DNA from: Eledone cirrhosa
Lineage: Eukaryota
Direction: 5' to 3'
NCBI GenBank assembly: GCA_964016885.1
Contig: OZ024742.1
Location: 366,606,001 to 366,670,000, forward strand
Length of the DNA stretch: 64,000 bases
Made by a program: the position numbers and the translations under genes. The notes under the pieces were generated by a model. That model saw only the letters and a program-made list of their open reading frames with translations. It had not been told where the DNA came from and made no database searches. This document shows, one piece after another, positions 28,783 through 43,721 of the stretch (within the stretch, counting starts at the first letter, position 1; each line of letters begins with the position of its first letter).

Positions 28783-28856
<74 letters not shown>

Positions 28857-29123
28857 AAATGAATACAAAGGAGTATACACCATTAAAACATGTTTATATA
28901 ACAATGCACCTACGTACGTTTGGGCAACTAAATATTTGTATCGCTTATCTTTCCTTTTTTCTCTCTCTCGATACTTAAACATTCTATATACGTATATATA
29001 TGCATGTGTGTGTGTATACATATGTATATGTGTGTACACACACACACACACACACATGTATATATATATATATATATATGTATGCATGTGTGTGCGCGTG
29101 TGTATTCATATGTATATGTGTGT

Positions 29124-29157
<34 letters not shown>

Positions 29158-29263
29158 GCATGTGTGTGTGTGCATACATATGTATATATGTGTACACACA
29201 CATATATATATATATATATATATGCATGTGTGTGTGTGCGTGCATACATATGTATATGTGTGT

Positions 29264-29336
<73 letters not shown>

Positions 29337-29555
29337 GCATGTGCGTGCACGTGTGTATACATATGTATGTATAGATGTATGTATATGTGTGTGTGCTTAT
29401 ATACGTGTGCATATGTAGAGGGCTGCTCGGTTCTTTGATATTTGCATTAACTTAGCAAAAGACTCAAAAGTTATGATAGAACACATTAAGACAATATTGT
29501 TATAGAGAGTGAGGGGGGGGGGGTTAAAAGATAAGACAAGGGAAAACAAGGGATT

Positions 29556-30612
29556 GTGTGTGTGGTGTGTGTATATATGTGTGTCTGTGGTGTGGTGTCT
29601 GTATGTGAGGTGTGTGTATGTGAGGTGTGTGTATGTGAGGTGTGTGTATGTGAGGTGTGTATGTGTATGTGCGTGAAGTGTGTGTGTGAGGTATGTGTGT
29701 GTGTGTGACGTGTGTGTATGTGAGGTGTGTGTATGTAAGGTGTATGTATGTGAGATGTGATTATGTGAGGTGTGTATGTGTATGTGCGTGAAGAGTGTGT
29801 GTGAGGTATGTGTGTATGTGAGGTGTGTGTATGTAAGGTGTATGTGAGATGTGTTTATGTGAGGTGTGTATGTGTATGTGCGTGAAGTGTGTGTGTGAGG
29901 TATGTGTGTGTGTGTGAGGTGTGTGTATGTGAGGTGTGTGTATGTACGGTGCATGTATGTGAGGTGTGTGTGTGTGTATGTGCGTGAGGTGTGTGTGTTT
30001 GTATGTGTGTGTGTGAGGTGTGTGTATGTGTATTTGCGTGAGGTGTGTGTGTGAGATATGTGTGTATTTGTGTGTGAGGTATGTGTGTATTTGTGTATGT
30101 GTATATGTGTATGTCGGTGTGTGTGTTTGAGGTATGTGTATGTGTATGTGATGTGTGTGTGTGTATGTGTGTGTGAGGTGTGTGTATGTGTATCTGCGTG
30201 AGGTGTGTGTGAAGTATGTGTGTATTTGTGTGTGTATATGTGTGTGAGGTGTGTATATATATGTGTGTGTGTGTGTGTGTATGTGTGTGTGTATGTGTGT
30301 GAGGTGTGTGTATATGAATGTGATGTGCGTATGTGTGTGTGTATGTGTGTGTGCGTATGTGTGTATGTGTGTATGTGTGTGTGTATGTGTGTATGTGTGT
30401 GTATGTATGTGTGTGTATGTGATGTATGTATGTGTATGTGATGTGTGTATGTGTATGTGATGTGTGTATGTGTATATGTGTGTGTGTGTATCTGTGTGTG
30501 CCTGTGTGTGTATGTGTGTTTGTGTGTATTTGTGTCTGTGTGTATGTGTGTGTGTGTTTGTGTGTATCTGTGTATGTGTGTATGTGTGTATGTGTGTATG
30601 TGTGTGTGTGTA
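29556..30612. repeat. Degenerate (TG)n/TGAGG low-complexity array
   Basis: Direct inspection; explains the HT-rich 501-aa ORF. Confidence 0.92.
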
Positions 30613-31429
30613 TTTGCAGCCCCCCCCCCCCTGGTCCATTCACAACACATGAATGACATGTACAACATGTACAACATTGCAATGATACAGAACTCCTGAT
30701 AGACATGGATTGAGAGAAGAGGAGGAGAGCAAAAGATGGAGAGGAAGATATAGAGACGAGCTGTATATATGAGAGATAGGGCTACATGAGGGCTCCCACC
30801 CTCAACAAAGCACCTGGTCCATTCACGGGAACATATGCACTGCATTACACATTTTACACATTTAACGATTTCAGTTATTAGACTGTGGCCATGCGGGAGC
30901 ACCGTATTGATTTTAGTCGTTCATATAAAAGTTAGGATTTACTTTATTGATTGCTTTTTGTCGAACCGCTATATAACAGGACATAAGCACGTGCGCGCAC
31001 GTACACACATAAACACACATATATATAATTGTATATATATATATAAACTTTAAATCTAAAAGATATATTTAGAGAGGGAGAGAGTGAAAGGGAGAAAGAG
31101 AGAGAAGGGGAGAGAGGGAGAGAGAAAGAGAGGGCGAGAGAGATACAGAGAACCATATATCATTAGTATTTTGTAGACATATATAAAGCAAATAATATTC
31201 AGGAATATATGATACATTGAGGTGGAAAAGGTTATCTTTTCCTTAAAATGCCGTTTCATAGTCCCCCACAAAAACGATTATTGATTACCAACTACCGATT
31301 TTGGTAAAGGAACGGTAGACAAAGATCGAATCATCAATTGTCTTAGCATATATCTCACACTGTAGGAAATACATTTATATTTGACGACAGCAGAGAGTTT
31401 ACATCACTACTCCATATATATATATATAA

Positions 31430-32551
31430 GAAAGACGTAAATTAAGAAAATTTTAAAAATTAAAAATCAACTTACTAAAATTTTCACTCCAACCAATTAG
31501 TTTCTGTAAGGGGATAAATATAGTTACATAATATAACTATAGAGAATTCCTTACGTCATCAGGGGTCTATTCTCAGCTAAGTTCCCAGGCGATGCGCGGA
31601 CACTAGGAACCCATATAAAAATAATAATAATTCAGTGGATGGAATAAAGCTAGCGAGGACTAATTTCCGGAGCACTGAAAAAATTCACTGCCTCTGGTCA
31701 GTGGCAGATTCTAAAGAATCAATCACGTGACACTGAGGTTACTCAGTTAGGAGCGGGGTGGTATTATGACCAGAGCCTACTACTACCATGAATCAGCAGT
31801 AAATTTTGGCAAGTTTTGCTCAACAAATAATTTGGAGAAAATATAGAGAATTAGTACATTTACCAACATATGTGTACAGATGTTCACCTATGCTAGCAAA
31901 TATATATGTTATGTCTTAGTACCTTTGTGGTTCTATGCAGGGGGATGCAGAACAATTATATGAAAGACGTAAAATAAGAAAATTTTAAAAATTAAAAATC
32001 AACTTACTTCTCTATATTTATCTCCAAATTATTTGTTGAGCAAAACTTGCCAAAATTTACTGCTGATTCATGGTAGTAGTAAGCTCTTGTCATAGTACTA
32101 CCCCGCTCCTAACTGATTAACCTCAGTGTCACGTGATTGATTCTTTAGAATCTGCCACTGACCAGAGGCAGTGAATTTTTTCAGTGCTCCGGAATTTAGT
32201 CCTCGCTAGCTTTATTCCATCCACTGAATTATTATTATTTTTTTATGGGTTCCTAGTGTCCGCGCATCGCCTGGGAACTTAGCTGAGAATAGACTCCCTG
32301 ATGACGTAAGGAATTCTCTATAGTTATATTATGTAACTATATTTATCCCCTTACAGAAACTAATTAGTTGGAGTGAAAATTTTAGTAAGTAAGTTGATTT
32401 TTAATTTTTAAAATTTTCTTATTTTACGTCTTTCATATAATTGTTCTGCATCCCCCTGCATAGAACCACAAAGGTACTAAGACATAACATATATATTTGC
32501 TAGCATAGGTGAACATCTGTACACATATGTTGGTAAATGTACTAATTCTCT
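31430..32551. mobile_element. Inverted pair of an approximately 545-bp non-coding hammerhead-containing unit (retrozyme or pseudo-LTR-like) between (TA)n tracts
   Basis: 32008-32551 (+) and 31430-32007 (-) are near-identical in content but permuted in order. Confidence 0.8.
32293..32374 (+). ncRNA. Type I hammerhead ribozyme-like motif with extended stem II
   Basis: ACTCC-CTGATGA-cGTAAGG...CCTTACa-GAAA-CTAATTAG-TT-GGAGT; the minus-strand twin lies at about 31486-31566. Confidence 0.7.
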
Positions 32552-33412
32552 CTCTATATATATATGTATATATATATGTATATACAAATGGAAGTTTTGT
32601 AAAATTGAAGTTTTGGCTGTGGCCAAGCTAACGATATACAATTGGGAGTGTGCAGCAAACACTCGATAAGGTTGTGTCACCTTAGAGTAATAACATACGT
32701 TAGATAGCTTTACAAATTGAAAACTGGGACTGGTGAGCCCAGCCACATGAAACCAAAGCAACGAGAAAACCAAATCAGGTATTGACAAACAAACCTGGAT
32801 CATATATAAAGTTCCACAACAAATTAGCAAACCATACTGGAAGATGCAAGTTTCAGCTAGTGGTTTTATGACCCGTGTTGAAAATCTGTTAGTTTAAACG
32901 TGCATCCTAATCTGTTGTGGAAGTAACTCTATACCAAACTCGTGAACTACTTTACCTACTACCGATATATCATCCCCGTTTTTTACCACCATATATATAT
33001 ATGGCTTTCTGCAGGTTTTGTCATCGATATTTCTCTCAGAAACCATATTTAATCCTTGGTTTAGAAGATACTTAACGACGATACTGCGCAGAGGGACTTC
33101 ACCCAGAACTACCCGGTTGCCAATAGAACGATTTAACCACGCAAACATGGTTCTCATGACACAAACCATGGCGGAGATGGATTAGAAGAGAATGAGATAC
33201 AGAGGAAGAGTAAAATTAAAGGATGATGTGTGTGTGTGTGTGTGTGTGTCTGTATGTGTGTGTGTCTGTGTGTGTATGTGTGTGTGTGTCTGTGTATGTG
33301 TGTCTATGTATGTGCGCGTGTGTGTGTGTACGTGTGTGTATGTGTGTGTGTGTGTATGTATGTGTGTGTGTATGTGTCTGTGTGTGTGTCTGTGTGTCTG
33401 TGTGTGTCTGTC

Positions 33413-33459
<47 letters not shown>

Positions 33460-33552
33460 GCGTGCGTGTGTGTTCTCAGTTGAAATCCCGCCGAGGTTAG
33501 TTTTACCATTAATTGACCCCAAAATGTGTTGGCCTTATACAGAAATCACTAT

Positions 33553-33935
33553 CGGTAGAGGGTCGAACATTCTTTCCAGCACAGTTACGTCCCTTTATGA
33601 TTTGAGTTCAAATCCCGTTAACTTTGCCTTTTATCCTTACGGGGTCGATAAAATAAAGTACCAGTAATGTACTGGATAATTGCAGGCCTTGTGCCAACAG
33701 TAGAAACACTTATTATAAGGTCAGTAGATTGCCAGCATTGGTAGAGCGTCGGACAACATGCTTTGCGGCATAGAGTTACGTCCATTTACGTACTGAGTTC
33801 AAATCCCTCCAAGGTTAGCTTGCCTTTCATCGTTGCGTGATCGGTGAAATAAAGTACCAGTAACATACTGGGTTGATTTAATCGACTTAACCCTTCACTT
33901 TAAATTGCTGACCTTGTGCCAAATGTAGAAACAGT
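33553..33935 (+). mobile_element. Two tandem tRNA-derived SINE copies (family with gagttcaaatcc...ctttgcctttcatcc...gataaaataaagtaccag)
   Basis: B-box gagttcaaatcc in each copy; body shared with the copies at 34612, 44870 and 62085. Confidence 0.75.
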
Positions 33936-33958
33936 TGCTATAGGCCAGGTCTTACTCA

Positions 33959-34002
<44 letters not shown>

Positions 34003-34038
34003 ACACGTTCTCTCTCTCTCTCTCATACACACACTCGT

Positions 34039-34077
<39 letters not shown>

Positions 34078-34091
34078 CACACACTCGTTCC

Positions 34092-34124
<33 letters not shown>

Positions 34125-34256
34125 ACGTTCTCTCTCTCTCCTCTCCTCTCTCTCTCTGTTCGATTTGTCAAATGTAGAAGCAGTCAAACTAAAATATCAC
34201 ATTCATCACTATACTTGTTTCTGTCGTCATCGCTGTCATTAAACAACAACAACAAC

Positions 34257-34312
<56 letters not shown>

Positions 34313-34315
<3 letters not shown>

Positions 34316-34592
34316 TTTCTTTATTAACCACAAGGGTTTACATAAAGTAGACATTAAGGCCAGTACAGAACAATGCAGGACGGTACAAATGGGCATTTCT
34401 GGAGAAAGCCCATTAAAAGGCCACAGTGATCCTGACCACCAGGACAAGTGCCCTCTCCCAGTTTTCCACCTTTAATTTACAGACACATACTCGGGCCATT
34501 CTTACCTCTCTCACCCATCTTTCAACAAAAGGCTGGGAAGGGAGCACTTCGCTCTCTACCCTGATTTTACTTTTCAAATGAAATTTGAAAAA
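34313..34592 (-). mobile_element. 5'-truncated 3' end of a Tx1/L1-type LINE inside (TAA)n
   Basis: Minus strand encodes FFKFHLKSKIRVE...FVERW, then ends cccttgtggttaataaaagaaatca, resembling the 3' end at 8317-8340; (TAA)n on both sides. Confidence 0.65.
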
Positions 34593-34611
34593 TAATAATA
34601 ATAATAATAAT

Positions 34612-34765
34612 TTCTGATTAGGGCACAAGGTCAACCATTTTTGGGGAGAGGAAAGTCAATTAAATCGACCCGAGTTCATTACTGGTACTTTAATTGTTCG
34701 ACCCCGTAAGGATGAAAGGCAAAGCTAACCTCGGTGGGATTTAAACTCAGAACGTTAAGGGCCAC
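34612..34765 (-). mobile_element. SINE fragment (same family as 33553)
   Basis: Reverse complement contains a B-box and ctttgcctttcatccttacggggtcga. Confidence 0.75.
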
Positions 34766-35237
34766 TGCAATAATAATAATAATAATAGTTACTGCTCGCA
34801 ATAGGAACCGAACTCGGGTGTATATATCAATAAGACATTCACTACCACCTTCACCTATGCGACAAGATCAAACAACACCTGCGCAACTACTAACTTCCTA
34901 AACTCTAAAAGGTAAATTTTAGGTGCGGGAGAATCAATGTCAAAATTTGGACGGATCTCTTGGGGCGGGCAGACGAGCATAAAGTGAGACTGGCAGGCGG
35001 ACAACGATAGCCAACACAGGTAGACAGGCAGACAGTCAGGTAGATATAAACACCTGATAATAGAAAATCTACACATTATACACCAACAAGAACGGTTAAT
35101 CTACAACTGGTATTAGCAGTTCCAGCGTCTGTAGCTTAACTAAATAGCTATTTATCTCATATGAAAGGGAGAGGACAGGAAAGCAAGATTCTTTTTTAAA
35201 GAACTGCAAATAGTGGAAAAAACTGTGAAGATTATAT

Positions 35238-35370
<133 letters not shown>

Positions 35371-35501
35371 AAAGGATATTTTAATAACGGAAGAAGCTAA
35401 AAGAAAAGGAGTTTGAAAAGAAAAGAAGTGTGACGTCTACCTATAAATTATATATATATATATATATATATTCTGAGATATATATATATATATATATATA
35501 T

Positions 35502-35549
<48 letters not shown>

Positions 35550-35912
35550 TGATATAGGATAATATACAGCAGAGAAGTTTGTTTTGTGCGAGAAGTGTGT
35601 GGTGACTATATCTAATGTGATATAAACATTGGGAAAAACAACGCCTTAACGTCTGCTACTGACAGAAATGTAAGTTCCGTATTTCAATATATCTATGTGT
35701 GTATACATGATATAGATGTGTGTGTATGTATAATACATATACGTATTTATATATAACATATACGTATATAGGAATATATATATTTATAGGTATGTATATA
35801 TATATATATGATGTATGCATATACTTTTCAAACTCTATCAATCTTTTCTCACTGTCTATACCCACACCTCACTTTCTCCTCTCTCCTTCCTTATATATAA
35901 ATATATTTATGT

Positions 35913-35980
<68 letters not shown>

Positions 35981-35989
35981 ATATATTTA

Positions 35990-36223
35990 TAGGTAAAAGT
36001 ATGACCCCGACGGCAGAGCTCAAGCCGTTTCGACGGCTATTTCTGGACTAGATTAGAATTTTTAGCCAGGCTAAAATTTCTAATCTAGTCCAGAAATAGC
36101 CGTCGAAACGGCTTGAGCTCTGCCGTCGGGGTCATACTTTTTCCTATTTCCCACTCTACTACACTAAGTATTGAGTACTCTGGTGCGCTATGGTCCATTT
36201 GGTTCCTTACCACACTTCCTTTG

Positions 36224-36228
<5 letters not shown>
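35990..36228. mobile_element. Fold-back repeat family A, copy 2
   Basis: About 158-bp near-perfect palindrome at 35990-36147 plus a tail, flanked by (TA)n. Confidence 0.78.
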
Positions 36229-36267
<39 letters not shown>

Positions 36268-36299
36268 GTGTGTGTGTATTTGTCTAGTTACCGATTTCA

Positions 36300-37376
36300 C
36301 CGTCTGTGTAACCGTCTATCTACCCATCTGTCTGTCTACCTCTTTATCTACCCGTCTTCCTGTCTATCTACCTCTCTATCTTCCCGTCTTTCTGTCTATC
36401 TACCTGTCTGTCACCTCTTTATCTATCTACCCGTCTTCCTGTCTATCTACCCGTCTATCTCTCTACCCGTCTATCTACCCGTCTATCTATCTACCTCTCT
36501 CTCTATCTACCCGTCTGTCAACTACCTCTCTCTCTATCTACCTCTCTATCTCTCTCTCTCACTATCTACCTCTCTCTCTCTCTACCTCTCTCACTATCTA
36601 CCTCTCTCACTATCTACCTCTCTCACTATCTACCTCTATCTCTATCTACCTCTCTATCTCTCTCTCTCACTATCTACCTCTCTCTCTATCTACCTCTCCA
36701 TCTCTCTACCTCTCTCACTATCTACCTCTCTATCTCTCTCTCTCACTATCTACCTCTCTCTCTATCTACTTCTCTCTCTATCTACTTCTCTCTCTATCTA
36801 CCTCTCTCTCTATCTACCTCTCTCTCTATCTACCTCTCTATCTCTCTCTCTCACTATCTACCTCTCTCACTATCTACCTCTCTCACTATCTACCTCTCTC
36901 ACTATCTACCTCTATCTCTATCTACTTCTCTCTCTATCTACCTCTCTCACTATCTACCTCTCTATCTCTCTCTCTCACTATCTACCTCTCTCTCTATCTA
37001 CTTCTCTCTCTATCTACTTCTCTCTCTATCTACCTCTCTCTCTATCTACCTCTCTCTCTATCTACCTCTCTATCTCTCTCTCTCACTATCTACCTCTCTC
37101 ACTATCTACCCCTCTCACTATCTACCTCTATCTCTATCTACTTCTCTCTCTATCTACCTCTCTCTCTATCTACCTCTCTCTCTATCTACCTCTCCATCTC
37201 TCTACCTCTCTCACTATCTACCTCTCTATCTCTCTCTCTCACTATCTACCTCTCTCTCTATCTACTTCTCTCTCTATCTACTTCTCTCTCTATCTACCTC
37301 TCTCTCTATCTACCTCTCTCTCTATCTACCTCTCTCTCTCTCTACCTCTCTCACTATCTACCTCTCTCTCTCTCTA
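36300..37376. repeat. Pyrimidine-rich (TCTA/TC/TCAC) compound satellite
   Basis: Direct inspection; explains the YLSL-type ORFs. Confidence 0.93.
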
Positions 37377-37524
37377 TAGATATATATACGAATATCAACA
37401 ATAGAAATTAATATATTCCAAAATACCTAACAACAACAACAACAACATAACAACAACGTCTATAACAACAACCATAACCACTGACAACAATAACATCAAC
37501 AACGTCTGCAACATTAACCAAGCC

Positions 37525-40500
37525 ACTACCACCACAACACTACCACCACAACACTACCACCACAAAACTACCATCAAAACACTATCATCACAACACTACC
37601 ATCACAACACTACCATTACAACACTACCATCACAACACTACCATCACAACACTACCACCACAACACTACCACCACAACACTACCATCCCAACACTACCAT
37701 CACAATACTACCATCACAACACTACCATCACAACACTACCATCACAACACTACCATCACAACACTACCATCACAACACTACCATCACAAAACTACCACCA
37801 CAACACTACCATCACAACAATAACAACAACACTACCACCACAACACTACCATCACAACACTACAATCACAACACTACCATCACAACACTACCATCACAAC
37901 ACTACCATCACAACACTACCATCACAAAACTACCACCACAACACTACCATCACAACAATAACAACAACACTACCACCACAACACTACCATCACAACACTA
38001 CAATCACAACACTACCATCACAACACTACCATCACAACACTACCACCACAACACTACCATCACAACACTACCACCACAACACTACCATCACAATAATAAC
38101 AACAACACTACCACCACAATAATACCATCACAACACTACCATCACAACACTACCATCACAACACTACCATCACAACAATAACAACCATTCTACCATCACA
38201 ACACTACCATCACAACACTACCACCACAACACTACCACCACAACACTACCACCACGACACTAGCATCACAACACTACCATCACAACACTACCATCACAAC
38301 ACTACCACCACAACACTACCACCACAACACTACCACCACAACACTACCATCACAACACTACCATCACAACACTACCATCACAACACTACCACCACAAAAC
38401 TACCATCACAACAATACCACCACAACACTACCATCACAACACTACCATCACAACACTACAATCACAACAATAACAACAACACTACCATCACAACACTACC
38501 ACCACAATACTACCATCACAACACTACCACCACAACAATACCATCACAACACTACCATCACAACACTACCATCACAACACTACCATCACAACACTACCAT
38601 CACAAAACTACCATCACAAAACTACCATCACAACACTACCATCACAACACTACCATCACAACACTACCACCACAACACTACCATCACAACACTACCATCA
38701 CAACAATACCATCACAAAACTACCATCACAACACTACCATCACAAAACTACCATCACAACACTACCACCACAACACTACCATCACAAAACTACCATCACA
38801 ACACTACCACCACAACACTACCACCACAACACTACCATCACAACACTACCATCACAACACTACCATCACAACACTACCATCACAAAACTACCATCACAAC
38901 ACTACCATCACAACACTACCATCACAACACTACCATCACAACACTACCACCACAACACTACCATCACAACACTACCATCACAACACTACCATCACAAAAC
39001 TACCATCACAACACTACCATCACAACACTACCATCACAACACTACCACCACAACACTACCATCACAACAATAACAACAACAATACCACCACAACACTACC
39101 ATCACAACACTACCATCACAACACTACCATCACAACACTACCATCACAAAACTACCATCACAACACTACCATCACAACACTACCATCACAACACTACCAC
39201 CACAAAACTACCACCACGACACTACCACCACAACACTACTATCACAACAATAACAACAACACTACCACCACAACACTACCATCACAACACTACCATTACA
39301 ACACTACCATCACAACAATACCACCGCAACACTACCATCACAACAATACCACCACAACACTACCATCACAACACTACCACAACACTACCACCACAACACT
39401 GCCATCACAACACTACCATCACAACACTACCAGCACAACACTACCATCGCAACACTACCATCACAACAATAGCAACAACAATACCACGACAACACTACCA
39501 CCACAACACTACCATTACAACACTACCACCACAAAACTAACACCACAACACTACCACCACAACACTACCACCACAACACTGCCACCACAACACTACCATT
39601 ACAACACTACCATCACAACACTACCACCACAACACTACCATAACAACACTACCACCAGAACACTACTACCACCAAACTACAACCACAACACTACCACCAC
39701 AACACTACCACCACAACACTACTACCACAACACTACCACAACAACGCTACCACCACAACGCTACCATCACAACACTACCATCACAACACTACCATCACAA
39801 CACTACCATCACAACAATAACAACAACACTACCACCACAACAATAACAACAACACTACCACCACAACAATAACAAAAAAACTACCACCACAACAATAACA
39901 ACAACACTACCACCACAAAACTACCACAACGACACTACCATCACAACACTACCACCACAACACAACCACGACAACACTACCATCACAACAATAACAGCAA
40001 CACTACCACCACAACACTACCACCACAATACTACCACCACAACACTACCATCACAACATAACCACCACAACACTACCATTATAACACTACCACCACAACA
40101 CTACCACCACGACACTACCACCACGACACTACCATCACAACACTACCACCACAACGCTACCACCACAACGCTACCACCACAACATTACCACCACAACACT
40201 ACCACCACGACACTACCATCACAACACTACCACCACAACACTACCACCACAACACTACCACCACAACCCTACCACCACAACTCTACCACCACAACACTAC
40301 CACAAGACTACCACCACAACACTACCACCACAACACTACTACCACAACACTACTACCACAACATTACCACCACAACACTACCACCACAACACTACCACCA
40401 CAACACTACTACCACAACACTACCACCACAACACTACCACCACAACACTACCACCACAACACTACTACCACAACACTACTACCGCAACACTACCACCACA

Positions 40501-41292
40501 ACACTACCACCACAACACTACCACCACAACACTACCACCACAACACTACCACCACAACACTACCACCACAACACTACCACAACACTACCACCACACTACC
40601 ACCACAACACTACCACCACTACACTACCACAACACTACCACCACAACACTACTACCACAACACTACTACCACAACACTACCACCACAACTCTACCACCAC
40701 AACACTACCACCACAACACTACCATCACAACACTACTACCACAACACTACTACCACAACACAACCACCACAACACTACCACCACAAAACTACCATACACT
40801 ACCAACACAACACTACCACCATAACACTACCACCACAACACTACCACCACAACACTACTACCACAACACTACTACCACAACACTACTACCACAACACTAC
40901 CACCACAACACTACCACCACAACACTACTACCACCACACTACCACAACACTACTACCACAACACTACTACCACAACACTACCACCACAACATTACCACCA
41001 CAACACTACTACCACAACACTACCACCACAACACTACCAGCACAACACTACCACTACAACACTACCACAACACTACCACAACGCTACCACCACAACACTA
41101 CCACCACAACACTACCACCACAACACTACCACCACAACACTACCACCACAACACTACTACCACAACACTACCACCACGACACTACCACCACAATACTACC
41201 ACCACAACACTACTACCACAACACTACCACCACAACACTACTACCACAACACTACCACCACAACACTACCACCACAATACTACCACTACAAC
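37525..41292. repeat. 14-bp minisatellite ACAACACTACCA(T/C)C
   Basis: About 3.8-kb array; ...CCATC units dominate on the left, ...CCACC units and TACTAC variants on the right. Confidence 0.96.
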
Positions 41293-41559
41293 AATATCAG
41301 GTAAAGATGTATAAGACAAAGAAATATGGAATTTCAATGAATGTTTACATTTCCAGTATAGGTGTGTGTGTATATAAAAATATGTGTGTGTGTATAGGTA
41401 TGTATGCATGTGTGTGTGTGTGTATGTACGTGTGTATATATATGTATATATATGCGTATATGTGTGTGTGTGTGTATGGGTGTGTATTTATCTATCTTAC
41501 ATCACACACACGTATCTATATATAATTGTATAATATACATATATCATACATATACATAC

Positions 41560-42115
41560 GTGTGTGAGTGTGAGTGTATATAGGTGTTAGTGTATATACG
41601 TGTGTGTGAATGTGAGTGTATATAGGTGCTAGTATATATACGTGTGTGTGTATGTGAGTGTATATAGGTGCTAGTATATATACGTGTGTGTGTATGCGAG
41701 TGTATATAGGTGCTAGTATATATAAGTGTGTGTGTATGTGAGTGTATATAGGTGCTAGTATATATACGTGTGTGTGAATGTGAGTGTATATAGGTGCTAG
41801 TATATATACGTGTGTGTGAATGTGAGTGTATATAGGTGTTAGTATATATACGTGTGTGTGTATGTGAGTGTATATAGGTGCTAGTATATATACGTGTGTG
41901 TGTATGTGAGTGTATATAGGTGCTAGTATATATACGTGTGTGTGAATGTGAGTGTATATAGGTGTTAGTATATATACGTGTGTGTGTATGTGAGTGTATA
42001 TAGGTGCTAGTATATATACGTGTGTGTGTATGTGAGTGTATATAGGTGCTAGTATATATACGTGTGTGTGTATGTGAGTGTATATAGGTATTAGTATATA
42101 TACGTGTGTGTGAAT
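41560..42115. repeat. 42-bp minisatellite TGTGAGTGTATATAGGTGCTAGTATATATACGTGTGTGTG(T/A)A
   Basis: About 13 copies. Confidence 0.92.
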
Positions 42116-42405
42116 GCCTTATACTTAGGTATATTAAATATTCTTCTACAGCTATTAAGTATATAGACTACATTCTTTATTATTCTAATAAATGTCATAT
42201 CTAACAGTAGAAGCAGAGATAGATTTGGTTAAAGCTGACATCTCAATATATATTTCATAGAAGCAGACGACACGAAATGCAACGCCTTACAACACTGCAT
42301 ATTTTCATTAACATTACACCTACAATTATTCTTTCTCTCAAACATAAACGACGGAGAAAACCCTCCCCACACATACCTCTAAAATATACATATTATTTAA
42401 GTAGT

Positions 42406-42450
<45 letters not shown>

Positions 42451-42477
42451 ATGTGTGTGTGTGTGTGTGTGTGTTTA

Positions 42478-42637
42478 ATGGTAGCTATGGTGCTTCCATG
42501 GGCGGTATGCCAGTTGAGCACTCTATGTTCTTACAGAGCAGAGTGTGATATAATATAAAAAAACGAAAAATCAGTGATGCATCTAGACTCAGTTTATTGC
42601 GTGTATAAACTGAGTCTAGATGCATCACTGATTTTAC

Positions 42638-42728
<91 letters not shown>

Positions 42729-42870
42729 ACGAAGGAAATGTGGTAAGGAACCAGGTGGACCATAACGCACCAAAGTACTCAATACTTAGGGTAGTAGAGT
42801 GGGTAATAGAAACAAGTCCAGAATTAGCCGTCGAAACGGCTTGAGCTCAGCCGTCGGGGTCTTACTTGTT

Positions 42871-42907
<37 letters not shown>

Positions 42908-42993
42908 ACACCACACTAAAAATTTAATTTAGTCCAGAAATAGCTATCGAAACGGGTTGCGCTCTGCCGTCGGGGTTCTGACTATTTTCCTAT
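42478..42993. mobile_element. Cluster of family A fragments, including a 31-bp-arm palindrome (42567-42635)
   Basis: 42478-42600 matches 51172-51290; 42726-42875 and 42928-42993 match family A. Confidence 0.72.
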
Positions 42994-43039
42994 ATATATA
43001 TATATTCCGAGCAATATAAGGAACATTTGTGATTATTTA

Positions 43040-43080
43040 TGCCCTTGAGAAGCCCAACTGGGCGAAACGTACGTATGTGA
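43040..43080 (+). ncRNA. Minimal variant hammerhead-like motif
   Basis: CTTGAGAA-GCCC-aact-GGGC-GAAA-CGTACG-TA; non-canonical core, stem I degenerate. Confidence 0.4.
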
Positions 43081-43291
43081 TATTTTAAATAAACATGTTT
43101 TAACGGTCTATTCTCCGACTTTTTACTTTCCACGTGCTTACGCTCTGCTAACTCTCTAGCCCACTAAATATTAACACTTCGAATATTTAATACTGCCGGC
43201 ACTTGTATCGAGCACCTTTGGCATACGCTACTTGGCAAATAACTATATGTATCACCTATCCCCCCTTTTTTTCTCTTTCTCGATACGTAAA

Positions 43292-43425
<134 letters not shown>

Positions 43426-43433
43426 ATATTTAA

Positions 43434-43509
<76 letters not shown>

Positions 43510-43618
43510 CTCGGGTTCAATAGGGGGTAGCCACAGTTAGTGAGGTAGTCAATCATTAGTAATATAAACATCAAGTTTAATATAGTCCTCTAGTAGCCAT
43601 TTCTATATTAAACATGAC

Positions 43619-43721
<103 letters not shown>

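Larger units (their letters stand above)
24330..28790 (+). mobile_element. 5'-truncated Penelope-like retroelement (C-terminal GIY-YIG, long AT-rich 3' region, terminal hammerhead), interrupted by a DNA transposon
   Basis: ORF 24372-25067 encodes the endonuclease. The AT-rich tail at 27294-28790 ends with a hammerhead-like motif followed by (TA)n; assigning the whole tail to this element is inference. Confidence 0.7.

Noticed and set aside
37525-41310. Thr-rich mucin-like exon ending at caggtaaag
   Set aside because: The 14-bp unit is not a multiple of three, contains indels and TAA-bearing variants, and has no clear acceptor or start.
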